Part shown: one piece after another, positions 12,771 to 24,364 of the stretch
Numbering within the stretch: the first letter of the stretch is position 1
Layout of the letters: each line of letters starts with the position of its first letter
Source: Eledone cirrhosa
Lineage: Eukaryota
Direction of reading: 5' to 3'
Assembly (NCBI GenBank): GCA_964016885.1
Contig: OZ024740.1
Span: forward strand, 155,124,001-155,188,000
Length of the DNA: 64,000 nt
Program-made: the position numbers and the translations under genes
Notes under the pieces: model-generated
Told to the model about the DNA's origin: nothing
Database searches by the model: none
What the model saw: the letters and a program-made list of their open reading frames with translations, nothing else

Positions 12771-15162
12771 CTTCTCACCTCCACCCCAACTTTGCTCATT
12801 CAACTCTTTCCTAGTCTTGCTCAACCCATCCAAACACACAAAAATGCATGCATTCTCCATTTTCTTCTGCCGAGGTCCAGTTTGCCATTCATCTTTTTGA
12901 GACTGGTAAATAATTTACCTTCTTAATGGTAGTTGATTGGCAGAATTGTCGAAAAATCTTGCAGGACCTGTTACAGTTTCTGTGCATTCTGAATTCAAAT
13001 CCTGTCTTCTAATATCAGGAAAAATAAAATGATAACACTTCTGCCAATATTTGTAACTGACAGATAGTATCATCAATGGAAAAGACTAATTAAAACATTG
13101 TTTCCTTAGTTCATAATGGTGGATCAGTGAACTTCTGATCAATCATCCCATCATCACTTGAGAATTAATAGAATGAATAATTATTGTTCTATAGCCCCAG
13201 GTTAACTCTGACTGTGCCGATCAGCTGTTGTTATGGTTCACATCTATGCAGATTTCACTGGTCTCCTATGAGTTTGCATCTCATTGGAGGTTTCATGAGT
13301 GTTTTAATGATAAGGGCCCCAGTCCTATCATTAAATTTTACTGGTTACAAGATGCAGAATTTGAACACAGGATACGCAAAACCAGAACAGATACTGTGAG
13401 TTATCCTGTTGAATGCTCTTACAATTCTACCAAGTCACTGTCCTAGACTGATACTATTTTTATGGACCCCAAATGGATGAAAGGCAAAGTTGACCTCAGC
13501 AGGATTTCAATTCAGTGTGCAGGGACTCAAAACAAATAACACCTTGAAGATCTAACAGGATATTTTTAATAAATACTTGTAATATATCTCTAAGTCTAGA
13601 GTCTGCCTCAAGCCAGAAGTCTCGTTAGGCCGGTGCTTATCCCGATTTCATGACATGAAACGACTGAGAGTATCTATCTGTGTTATAATAACATATTGGA
13701 TTTACTTGAAAAATACATTAGAAATTTAGACAGAAAGAAAATAAAAGAAATTGAATTTATAAGAAAAAAAACCTTGCTTTTATGACATTCTAAGTTTAAG
13801 TGTGGAACTCCTTTTACCCTTCTCTAATTTTTATTAAAAACAATCTCGATTTTTATATTTTGAACATCTGGAATTCAGTTTGCAAAAGTAAAAAAAGAAT
13901 TAATTCAGAAACTGATTAGGGTTTGAGGATCTACAGCTGCAGTATTTTATAAATATATTTTGTTTACTCTTAAATAGTTAAATAAGTTAGGCTTACAAAC
14001 CCATTGATGCATTAGTTGTTTCACTTTCTTAAAATTTAAAAAGCTGCTGTATCTCTTTGAATTTATTAACCCATAAGCATTTAAACCGGCTGTATCTGGC
14101 CAACATTCTCTCATCTCTTACTGTTGAAACTGGCCATAACCAGCTGCTCATACTGATGTTAAGGCATTGTTCTCAAAATAAATAATATCAAAATCTCATA
14201 GATTTAATATTATGTGAGATAATGCCTTTACCACAAAATACACGAATAACGTAATTGCTAAAGGGTTAAAGATGAAAATGTAATTAAATATGTAAACAAA
14301 ATATATTTATAGACTTCCAGTACAAATGAAATATATTTATATACTAACAGAAAGCACAGCAGCTGTAAATCCTATAACAACTCTTAACATCCTGTATTGC
14401 ATGAAACCACATTATTAAGACATTCTTGAAAAATACAAAACAACACTATAACAGCTCCACATTTAAAAATTAAACTCATTACTTTAGTTTACTGCAAATT
14501 TTCTCAATGATCTTTCCACTAGTAAAGATACTACAATCATTGGAAGTAACAAACCTTTCTGTTTAGATATTTTCTACTCAATCACTACCGGATATTAAAA
14601 GTTAATTAGTTTCTTATTGAATAAAAGAAATTTAAATTCTAAAAAAGAATTTGGTTTAGTTGGGTGAACAGATATTGAATCACTGATGCTAAAAAAAAAC
14701 AAAGAAAATGCATAATGAAGGGCTAAAACAAATATATTTAAAAAATTAAACAGTAAATCTCTCTAAAATCTTGACAAGCTATTAAAGGACTGAGATGCTT
14801 AGTTCTGGTTTTATGGTTTTAAGTGGTTGACAGATAAAATTCTAACTGGTTATTTCTTCTACTTTATGCCAATAAACTGAAGCTATGCATTTGTTTTGTT
14901 TTTGATTTTTTACACACACGCACACACCCTTTCCATAAGGGATGTTGTGTATTCAACACTGGTCAAACTGTTTTTGCTATTAATATTGCACTTGGCTGCT
15001 AGATCATCATAAACTTGTGGAGTAATGTGTTTTTAATTTTTTTTTTTTTACAAAGCTCCTTCAACCCACCAAGGTTCATTAGTTTGACTTATTTCACCCT
15101 AATTTACAAGCATGACAGAAAATTAGCAAAGTCTTTAAAATCTTGTGCTCCTGAGTTCATAT

Positions 15163-15649
15163 TAGCCCTTTAGCATTCACATTACTCTATATATACTATT
15201 ATATTTTCATGGTAAAGGCTTTACCTCACATAATATTGAATCTATGAGATTTTGAAAGTATTTATTTTGAGAACAATACCTTAACATCAGTTTGAGCGAC
15301 CAGTTACAGCCAGTTTCAACAGAAAGAGGTAGAGAATTCTGGCCGGTTTGAACATTAAAGGGTTAAGTTGTAATTATAACAACCTAGATGAAGACATTAG
15401 TCTGAATAAATCAGTTTATAATATATCAATGTTCCACTTTAACCCTTTAGCATTTAAACCAGCTGTATCTGGCCAGATTTCTCTCACCACTTTCTGTTCA
15501 AACTTGCCATAACTGGCCACTCATACTGATGTTACGATATTCTTCTCAAAATAAATAATATCAAAATCTTATAGATTCAACATTATGTGATTGAAAGCCT
15601 TTACCATAAAAATACAATAATAAATATAGAGTAAGTGCTAAAGAGTTAA
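15163..15649. mobile_element. two piggyBac-type MITEs in opposite orientation (about 15163-15366 and 15439-15649)
   Basis: CCCTTTAGCATT termini with TTAA flanks. The internal sequences are reverse complements of each other, about 70 bp apart. Confidence 0.8.
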
Positions 15650-15702
15650 ATATCTGAATTTATTTTTTGCTTTTTTTTTTTTGTTGAGTAAAACTTCCTC
15701 GC

Positions 15703-15842
15703 ATTATATTCTTTCTGAGTTCAAATCCCGCCGAGGTTAACTTTGCCTTTCATCCTTACGGGGTCAATAAAATAAAGTACCAGTAATGTACTGGGTAATT
15801 GCTGGCCTTGTGCCAAAGGTAGAAACAATTATATTCTTTCTG
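15703..15842 (+). mobile_element. 5'-truncated family A SINE with a 15-bp target-site duplication
   Basis: ATTATATTCTTTCTG at 15703-15717 and 15828-15842 flanks the SINE body GAGTTCAAATCCCGCCGAGG...AGAAAC. Confidence 0.85.
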
Positions 15843-15913
15843 TTTTATTACAGGAGTTGAGTTTTATTTTTGGTGTGAGTGTGTATATTTGCATGTATAT
15901 ATGTGTGTATAAC

Positions 15914-16170
15914 GTGACACGTGGCCTAGTGGTAAGTGTATTGGACTTTCGATCATGATGTTGTGGGTTTTATTCCTGGGTTGCGTGTTGTGTTCTTGAG
16001 CAAAACACTTTATTTCACATTGCTCTAGTATACCCTGCAATAGCTGGGGTTTAACCCTGCGATGGACTGGTGTCCTTTCCAAGGGGAGTCTTGTACTCTG
16101 TCGCTTCACGCCATGAAACCAGGATAAGCACCGGCCAAATGAGCCTTCTGGCTTAAGACAGACTTTAGAC
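15914..16170 (+). mobile_element. tRNA-derived SINE (family B variant)
   Basis: TGGCCTAGTGG A-box and the TTCTTGAGCAAAACACTTTATTTCACATTGCTC core. A related copy lies on the - strand at about 52965-53232; other heads at about 30736-30845 and 32618-32970. Confidence 0.75.
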
Positions 16171-16176
16171 TTAGAT

Positions 16177-16919
16177 ATCATCATCATCATCATCATCATC
16201 AGGTTTAGCGTCCGTGTTCCACGCTTGCATGGGTTTGGACGGGGGTTTTCCCACTTGAGGCAAGAGTGGTTGTCTTGCTCGCATAGGACTGTCTGGCGGG
16301 TTTTCTACAGTTGGATGCCCTTCCTAACACCAACCACATTTACAGTGTGGGGCTGGGAGGTTTTTACCGTGTTGCCTACACGGCCACATTACAGCGTGGA
16401 CTGTCTGGCGGGTTTTCTACAGCTGGATGCCCTTCCTAACACCAACCACATTTACAGTGTGGGGCTGGGAGGTTTTTACCGTGTTGCCTACACGGCCACA
16501 TTTACAGCGTGGACTGTGTGTTTTTTGTCGTGACACCTACACGATCTCATTTGTTTCGGCCTGGATGTTGTGGGACCAACATAACTTTACATTGAAAGGG
16601 GCAGTGTGGGTGGGGTGGAGGTGGTGGGACGGGGGTGTGTTTTGATAGAGATGCCTACTGACTGTAGTAGGTTTTTACTTTGTATTTAGGTAAGGCGGGT
16701 CTTCTCTATTACTGAGTACCGCCAAAGGTCTCGGTCCAGTGACATTGTCTTGGAGAGGTGTAAGCGTGTGAGGTCGGAATTTATCAGCTCGTCCCATGTT
16801 TTTCTGGGTCTGCCTACTCCGTGGCTACCGTCTATCTTTATTGCCCTGCACTTTGTTATACAGCTGTCGTCTTTCATGCGCATCACGTGTTATACAGCTG
16901 TCGTCTTTCATGCGCATCA
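16177..16919 (-). mobile_element. antisense RTE 3' fragment (ORF end, 3' UTR, (GAT)n tail) with two internal tandem duplications
   Basis: ORF 16686-16886(-) is MMRMKDDSCITKCRAIK...IEKTRLT, almost identical to the end of the 41506-45293 copy. Duplications at about 16288-16510 (about 110-bp unit) and about 16856-16919 (about 30-bp unit). Confidence 0.93.
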
Positions 16920-16949
16920 TATGTGTATATTTATATATATATATATATA

Positions 16950-17148
16950 CGGTATTCCGGGTTGAATCGGAGGTAACCACAGTAAGTAAGGTACTCAATA
17001 CATTGCAGAGTATATAAGTTTTAATATAGATGAGATTCTACAGGACTAGAACTGTTTTATTCTTTAGAAATCATCAGGAATCTGATGATTTCTAAAGAAT
17101 GAAACAGTTCTAGTCCTGTAGAATCTCATCTATATTAAAACTTATATA
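16950..17148 (-). mobile_element. Penelope-like terminal fragment: 67-bp-arm hairpin with a hammerhead core plus a one-sided tail, in (TA)n
   Basis: Arms 17011-17077 and 17082-17148 with loop GAAT. The right arm reads CTGATGA-TTTCTAAAGAAT-GAAACAG...CTGTA-GAATCT. The tail 16950-17010 is shared with the copy at 37140-37314. Confidence 0.7.
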
Positions 17149-17265
17149 TATGTGTGTGTGTATCTATATATATGTATTTTTTTTGTTGAATAAAACTTCC
17201 TCACATTATATTGTTTCTGCTTTATTACAGGAGTTGAGTTTTATTTTTGATTTGAAATTGTCATC

Positions 17266-17439
17266 ATGCCGTTGGAATGGCTGTTTGGTCACAAGAAGAC
17301 ACCAGAGGAGATGCTGCGTCAGAATCAGCGGGCTTTGAACAGAGCCATGCGTGACTTGGACAGAGAAAAAAATAAAATGGAAGCTGATGAAAAGAAAATT
17401 ATAAACAACATTAAGAAAATGGCGAAAGAAGGCCAAATG
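17266..17439 (+). CDS. CHMP2A: CHMP2A (Vps2, ESCRT-III) coding exon 1; exon starts at 17231 after the acceptor
   Basis: MPLEWLFGHKKTPEEMLRQNQRALNRAMRDLDRE...MAKEGQM matches the CHMP2A N-terminus. Acceptor TTACAG ends at 17230, an in-frame TGA lies upstream of the ATG, and the donor GT is at 17440. Confidence 0.96.
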
Positions 17440-17487
17440 GTTTGGGAATTATTATTATTAGTATTGTTGTAGTTGTTATTATTGTTA

Positions 17488-18230
17488 TATTGGTAGAGCG
17501 TCGGACGCCATGCTTTGCAGCATGGAGTTACGTTTCTTTACGTTCTGAGTTCAAATCCTGCCGAGGTTAGCTTTGCCTTTCATCCTTATGGGGTCAATAA
17601 AATAAAGTACCAGTAATGCTCTCTATTTAATCAACTTTCCACTCACCGTAAATTGCTGGCCTTGTGCCTATAGTAGAAATAATAATTATTAAGGGCAGTG
17701 GATTGGCAGAAGCAGTAGAGCATCGGACAACATGCTTAGCAGCATATAGTTATGGCCCTTTACGTTCTGCGTTCAAATCCTGTTGAAGTTAGCTTTGCCT
17801 TTCATCCTCACGGGTCAATAAATAAAGTACCAGTAATGCACTAGAGTCAATTTAATAGACTTTCTCCTCCCCCAAAATTGTTGGCCTTGTGCCTAAATCA
17901 AAAACCATTGTTTGGTTTTTTTAATTAAGGCTGGTAAATTAATTGACAGAATTATTAAAGCATTGGACAAAATGCCAGTTTGTTTTAGTTCTGAGTTCAA
18001 ATCCCCCCCCCCCCCCAGTAAACTGTGTCTTTTATTCTTCCAGGGTCAATAAAATAAAGCACCAGTCAAGTATTGGGTTGATTTAATACTTTGTTTCCTA
18101 TCCCCCAAAATTTGCAGCCCTATGCCTATCTTAAAAATAAAATAAAGTACCAGTCATGTACTAGGGTTGATTTTATAGACTTTCCCTTCACCCTAAATTG
18201 CTGACACTGTTCAAATTAAAAACTAATAAT
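17488..18230 (+). mobile_element. head-to-tail array of family A SINEs (about 4 copies)
   Basis: Repeated GAGTTCAAATCC / TTTGCCTTTCATCC / AATAAAGTACCAG / GGCCTTGTGCC modules joined by (ATT)n-like tails. Confidence 0.85.
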
Positions 18231-19944
18231 ATTAATTTATTTTATTTGGTTTTATCCTGTTTTATTTCCACTTTTCTATGCTAGTATATGACTGGGATAG
18301 TGTCTTTTTTTGTTGGTTTTGTTGGGTTATTTTAAATTGGCTCTTACCTTGTAAATATATAAAAGTATTATTATGAAGTATGCAATTATATGTATGGCAT
18401 TTTAAAATATTACACATCATTGTTTAGCTCTAGATCAGTTTTGTTTTAGCCAACCTGTTATCAAAAATGTTCCAGCTATGGCTCCATCTGTCCTTATCTC
18501 AGGCATTGCAGAATTCCAAAATCTCCATATGTCTCATGAGACCATGGATCTTCCCCTGAAAACTGTCTCTCTATGATGCAGGTCTTCTTTCTCCACACCA
18601 CCAATGTTGTCCAAGGACCTATACAACTTAGCACTAGTGTCATCACAGGCAACCTAAGAATGCAATGGGTTGATGCTCTCGCAATTCCACCAATCTGCAA
18701 CTGCAACCTTGGACTGGTACTTTATTTATTGACCCTGAAAGCGCCCAGTCCACACTATAAAGTGATCGTGTTGGCGAGACGACAAAAAGAGCCCAGCTCA
18801 CACTGTAAAGTGGTCATGTAGGTGTCACGGCAAAAAGCACCCACCACACACTGTAAAGTGGTCATGTAGGTGTCCCACAAACAGTGCACACTGTAAATGT
18901 GGTTGGTGTTAGGAAGGGCATCCAGCTGTAGAAATCAAGCCAAAATCAGTTCTGTGTAAGTGGAACACAGTCCTCCAACCTGATCTCTCACAAAGGGACA
19001 GCCCGTCCTACCCATGCTAGCATTGAAAATGGATGTTAAACGATGATGATGGTGATGATGACAATGATGAAAGTTGAAAAAAAAAATTCACCTAGACAGA
19101 ATTTACACTCAAAATACAAAGAGTCAGATCATTTAATCCACTGCTCTATTAACTCTGCTAATTTGCCACCATGTGTTATCTGATTTGTTGCCTTCCTTTC
19201 CAAGACAGTAGAGTGTAATTTGATGAATATTTGGCTACTATTTCTAGCAAATTGACCAATCACTAAAATGTATATTCATTAACTCTTTAGCATTCAAACC
19301 GGTCATATCCAGCCAGAATTCTCTCACCTCTTTCTGTTCAAACCGGCCGTAACCGGACACTCATACTTATTTTTCAAAATAAATCATATCAAAATCTCAT
19401 AAATTCCATATTATATGAGATAATTATGTGAGGTAAAGCCTTTACTTCGAAAATACAATAGTATTTACATTACTCTATATATACTAACCAGTTATTGTTT
19501 GCACTTCTGAATACTAACATTTTCACAGATCATAAAACAGGATTTAACAGGAATCCAATTTGGTGAATATTTGACTGCTATTTCTAGCAAATCTAACAAC
19601 CATTTAGATGCTTCTTCATTAAACTGGTTGTTGCTGGCACTTCTGAATATCAACTACATCTTCACAGATCACAGAACACGATGTAGTAGGAATTCCAAGG
19701 CTAATCGTTGTTAGATGGGTCACTGGCAAATAAATTACTTCAGACTAAACAGCAGTGAAAATAATCTGAGCCATATGTCAGTACAAATATAATTATGGGA
19801 CCCTATACCCATGTAATTTTTCAGCTTTTTTTTTTCCCGTCAAACATATAAAGTGTTATATATGGTACACATTACTGTTCTTGTGTGTGATGCTATTTGG
19901 CAATGACTGAAAGAAAGTTGGTCGTTGTTTACAGTATATATACA

Positions 19945-20240
19945 CTTATATAAATGCTAAAAAAATGTTTGTGTATGTATACATGCTTTTTGTTGTTTTT
20001 GTGTATGTTTGTTTGTGGTTTTGAGTATGTATGTGTACACATGTTTTTTGTTGTTTTTGTGTATTTATATATTTGTTTGTGTATGTACGTATGTGTATAC
20101 AAGCTTTACGTTGTTGTTTTTTTGTGTATTTATATGTATGTTTGTGTGTGTATGTATGTATATACATGTTTTTTGTATATTTGTATGTTTGTTTGTGTTT
20201 GAGTATGTATATGTGTGTGTATATCATGCTGTGTGTGCAT
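19945..20240. repeat. low-complexity TG/TTG/TGTA-rich tract
   Basis: Degenerate repeats of GTATGTATA(C)ACATGTTTTTTGTTGTTTTT. Confidence 0.8.
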
Positions 20241-20973
20241 ATGTTTGTGTTCTTGCTTTCATAGCTTTCACAATGTCATTTGTTCAAAATGTAAAAATGC
20301 GCTTGTATGTACAAGTATTTGTAGAGTATTTGTGTGTCTGCGCTTGTGTGTGTGTGTGTAATAAATGATATCATTTCTGTTTTGATGCTTACATCAACAT
20401 ACCCACCTTTCCCCATCCTTTCTCCCATTATAGCATAGGTAGAATGTATTGCAAAAGTTGAGACATGTTTCATCATGTGTAATGAGGAAGCTAGACTTTA
20501 TCAGTGTGTGTTCTTCCTACAGCTAAATCACCTCCACTGAACTATGGAACAGAAGTTGAACCTGTCCAGAGCCTTGCTGACTGAGGAGAAGCAGGGTAAT
20601 ATATTGTTAGGGACTAAGAAGACACTGTAGGATATGAACTTAACATTGGCCAACTCTCAGAATAACCTCCTTTCGAATAAAAACAGTTTTCGCTTCCTTC
20701 AACATCAATTATCATGACGATAAGGTTATGCTGACATAAATAATCTCACTACTCAGCCTCACCCCACATACATTTGGTTTTAATATATATATATAAATAT
20801 ATAAAATACAATATGTTGAAAAGGTAACACACTAGAGAGAGATACAGTGCGCTATCAATAAAACAGGAAAAAACCACCAGTGTATGGAATCTATAACCTA
20901 TGAAAGGCAGACTATAGACACGATAATTAAAAATATAACTTAAAGCGTAAATAAATACCTCTATAACTATATA

Positions 20974-21055
20974 ACACACGTACAAATCCAAAGAGTTCTG
21001 TTTCGCCAGTAAGTTGTTGACAGAAATGAAATAACCCAGGTTCATCAGTGTGTGT
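20974..21055 (-). ncRNA. antisense twin of the 21453-21530 hammerhead, slightly decayed
   Basis: The minus strand reads ACACACA-CTGATGA-ACCTGGG...CTGGC-GAAAC-AGAACT-cttt-GGATTT-GTA-CGTGTGT. The core is intact, but the first stem I pair and the stem II closing pair are A-C mismatches. Confidence 0.6.
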
Positions 21056-21452
21056 AAGGCTATACATTTCAGACAACACTAAGAGAATTTTTAAAGCGAT
21101 CGTCCAGCTACAAATGGGAGAGAGAAGTCACAGCGTGTTTAAGGGCAGTGAACCAGTGGCCTCTGAGGGACGAGCTGCTAGAAAGGGCAGCCCAAAACCA
21201 CTCAGAGAAGTGTGCTCAACCAAACAGAGAGAGGAAAGACTGTTATAAGGAGCGAAAATATAACAGTCTTTCCTCTCTCTGTTTGGTTGAGCACACTTCT
21301 CTGAGTGGTTTTGGGCTGCCCTTTCTAGCAGCTCGTCCCTCAGAGGCCACTGGTTCACTGCCCTTAAACGTGCTGTGACTTCTCTCTCCCACGTGTAGCT
21401 GGACGGTCGCTTTAAAAATTCTCTTAGTGTTGTCTGAAATGTATAGTCTTAC

Positions 21453-21530
21453 ACACGCTGATGAACCTGGGTTATTTCATTTCTGTCAACAACTTACTGG
21501 TGAAACAGATCTCTTTGGATTTGTACGTGT
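21453..21530 (+). ncRNA. type I hammerhead ribozyme, intact core
   Basis: Stem I ACACG/CGTGT; CTGATGA at 21458-21464; stem II ACC+TGGGTT / AACTTA(CT)GGT; GAAA at 21502-21505; stem III ACAGATCT-cttt-GGATTTGT (8 bp with two G-U); cleavage triplet GTA at 21523-21525. Confidence 0.8.
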
Positions 21531-21906
21531 TATATAGTTATAGAGGTATTTATTTACGCTTTAATTTATATTTTTAATTATTGTGTCTATATTCTGCCTT
21601 TCATAGGTTATAGATTCCATACACTGGTGGTTTTTCCCTGTTTTATTGATAGCGCACTGTATCTCTCTCTAGTGTGTTACCTTTTCAACATATTGTATTT
21701 TAAAGAGCTCAGGATTTCTTCTCCTTTGAGCACATTATTTACAGGGAACAGCGAGAGTCTATGGTTCCGTTAATGTATCGTGATATATAAATATATATAT
21801 ATGTAATGTGTGTGTGTGTGTGTTTAAAAGTAATAACAAAAATATCAAAACATATGGTACAGCACATGGAATAGCTATATTAGTTTAACGCTTGAAATAG
21901 CAGGAA

Positions 21907-21948
21907 GAGAGTCTTAATGTTTCGGACACTAGTCCTTCATCGGAAGAT
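21907..21948 (-). other. degenerate hammerhead-like motif in a probable Penelope-like relic (about 21835-22050)
   Basis: The minus strand reads CCGATGA-A-GGAC-tagt-GTCC-GAAAC. The core has a U4C change and there is no clear stem I; the relic is flanked by TG/TA microsatellites. Confidence 0.45.
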
Positions 21949-23398
21949 AGAATTAGAAATAGAAGATAAATAGAAAGTAAAGAGCAATGCAATGAGAGGA
22001 AGGAACGGATGAAAAAAGAGAAAAAAAACACATTTGTATTCAGTCGGTGTGTGTGTGTATATATATATTTCACAGGGAAAATGCATGTTAAATAGTGATG
22101 CTGGTGATGATGTGTGTTTGTGTGTGTAAACTATGCAAATTGCTTGCTGTAGCCTAATGACATCTGTTTTCCCATACCAGTAATTCAAGTCGGTTGAGAG
22201 GGCTGAGGTATGGTTTTGTGGGTAGGGCTGATTGTAGGATTGTGGTTTGTATTTGCTTGGATGACATAGGTTTGGTTTAGATTTCTTTATGTTCTAGTTG
22301 AGGTGTTACATACATCATCATCATTATCATTTTACGTCCGCTTTTTCCTGCTTGCAAGGGTGGGACGGGAACTGATTCTGGCTTGATTTCTACAGCTGGA
22401 TGCCCTTCCTAACACCAACCTCATTTACAGTGAGTGCTGGGTGCTTTTTTGCTGTGGCACCTCCACGACCACTTTGCAGTGGAATGATAGGGACTCCAGT
22501 CCCTATCATCTCATTTCTACAGCTGAGTAAACTGAAGCAATGTGAAATAAAGTGTCTTGCTCAAGGAAACAACACATCACATAAACATATATAGCCACAC
22601 ACACATGTATGTGTGTAAATAATAATAAGCCTTCTTGAAGAAGCCACTAATTTTGCCCGGTATTCATCTCTCAGTCTAGGATGTAATGTTGGTAAAGAAT
22701 AATTAAAGTTTACCATACTCCCATGAGTTAAAATTACCAATGTTAGCTAGGTTACTTTGACAGGTTTGGTTAATAAAGTAAAAGCAAGGATCACTCCTTC
22801 AAGCTATTGCATACTAGTAAATTAACAGTAGAATTATCAACAGCAGCTGCATCATCACCATTAGTTGTAGTAGTAGTAGTAGTAGTATAGCAGTGAAGTG
22901 GAGCATGGGGCTTCTATAAACTTTCCCTCAAAAGTTTCATATTCAACTGATATTCATACATTCACAGAATGGTAGATTCCTTGTAGAAAGTATATCCTCT
23001 TTGTGGTTATATTATTTCTAACATGTGGACTGTTTATGGCTTTCAGTCAATTTTCATTATAATCCAGATTTTACAAGAGCTTAGTTAAATATATGTCATC
23101 ACTTGATAATTTTCCTCATTGTTTTTACATCTACTCATTCATGCTGACATGAGTTGGAGGAGACTTTCTTGAGGCGGTATTCTATAACTGAATCTCCTTC
23201 TGGATGCCAATCCCTATTGATAATATGGTATATATTTTATTGAGCTTCACATTAAACCGCTGAGCTACCAGACATATTGTTTATGCAGAACATAAACAAA
23301 ATGTCACCAGCTGTCTAAACAGTATCACTGCAAAGATATCATCATCATCATCATCATCATCATCATTTAACGTCCATCTTCCACAATGCACAAACACT

Positions 23399-24364
23399 AT
23401 CGAATCTATGAGATTTTGATATTATTTATTTTGAAAACAATATCCTTAACATCAGTATGAGCCATCAGTTACATCTGATTTGAACAGAAAGAGGTGAGAG
23501 AATTCTGGCCGGATATGGCCGGTTTAAATGCTAAAGGGTTAAAGTGGAAATCTGGTCTGAATGTTTGCTACAGAGTGACTCCTGTTAATGGCACCCAAGG
23601 GTTAAGTGGTGGTGTTAAACTGGTGGACGGGATCAGTATATCACCCAAGTAGACCAGAACAGGATTTTAATTCAGAACTCAAAGAGTAGAAACAAATATC
23701 ACAAAAGTATTTCATCCCACACTAACAATTCTGCCAATCCATTGTCCTGGAGTACTACTTTATTTGATCAACCTCGAAAGGATGAAAAGTAAAGATGACC
23801 ACAAAAGGATGAAAGGTAAAGATGATCATGCTGATATTTGAACTCAGAGAGCTAGAAATACTGACTCTGCTAATTTTTTGCCTAGTAAGTATATGTATCT
23901 CTAATTATCTAGAATATTTCTCTTCAATGAGGCCTAGAAACACAAGATATATCCTCAGAAAATCTTCATATGTCTTCCTTGGAATATATATTGACAAGCC
24001 TCGACTATCAACTGAAGACTATGGAAGTTTCTACATAGTTGCTTAAGCTACTAGAAATAGTAGCCAATTTTCATTCACATCATGCCTACCATTTCAAAAA
24101 AAGGAAGGACACAGTGAATAAGGTTGTTCTAGTCCTAGGTACATGTCTGAAAAAAGAAGGTAAAGTTATGACTATAATACCTTTGACTACTACTATATTA
24201 TCATTCAAACTGCAAGACATAGCTGCCAAATATTCCTAATCCTCATTTTACATTCACTTTTCAGGCTGGCATGTCGGACAGGTTGTCACTGTCTGAGTCA
24301 GTTCTTATTCCAAGTAACTGCTCTCCTAGGCATTTAAGTGCATTATCATAGCACCAATACTAAA
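23399..24364. repeat. left arm of a 966-bp inverted duplication
   Basis: Reverse complement of 26254-27230. The ORF track shows identical peptides at 24039-24239(+) and 26379-26579(-). Confidence 0.95.

Larger units (their letters stand above)
20802..21785 (+). mobile_element. Penelope-like terminal fragment: about 445-bp-arm inverted repeat plus a 3' tail, in (TA)n
   Basis: Arms 20802-21247 and 21259-21702 with an 11-nt loop and only scattered mismatches. The right arm continues about 80 nt to a TA tract. Each arm has a hammerhead motif. Confidence 0.75.

Noticed and set aside
13228-13446. 72-aa ORF with a GTGAGT donor-like site as an extra exon
   Set aside because: No recognisable homology, and the CHMP2A CDS is complete without it.
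19946-20368. Several overlapping 77-119-aa ORFs
   Set aside because: These are translations of low-complexity TG/TA repeats.
21161-21207. Local stem-loop CTCTGAG...GCTGC-tagaaagg-GCAGC...CTCAGAG as a second ribozyme or SECIS
   Set aside because: It lacks the CUGANGA and GAAA cores and a proper AUGA/GA quartet.
21048-21378. Mirror-image ORFs (MNQWPLRDELLERAAQ...) on both strands
   Set aside because: They are a by-product of the inverted repeat, with no recognisable protein or splice context.
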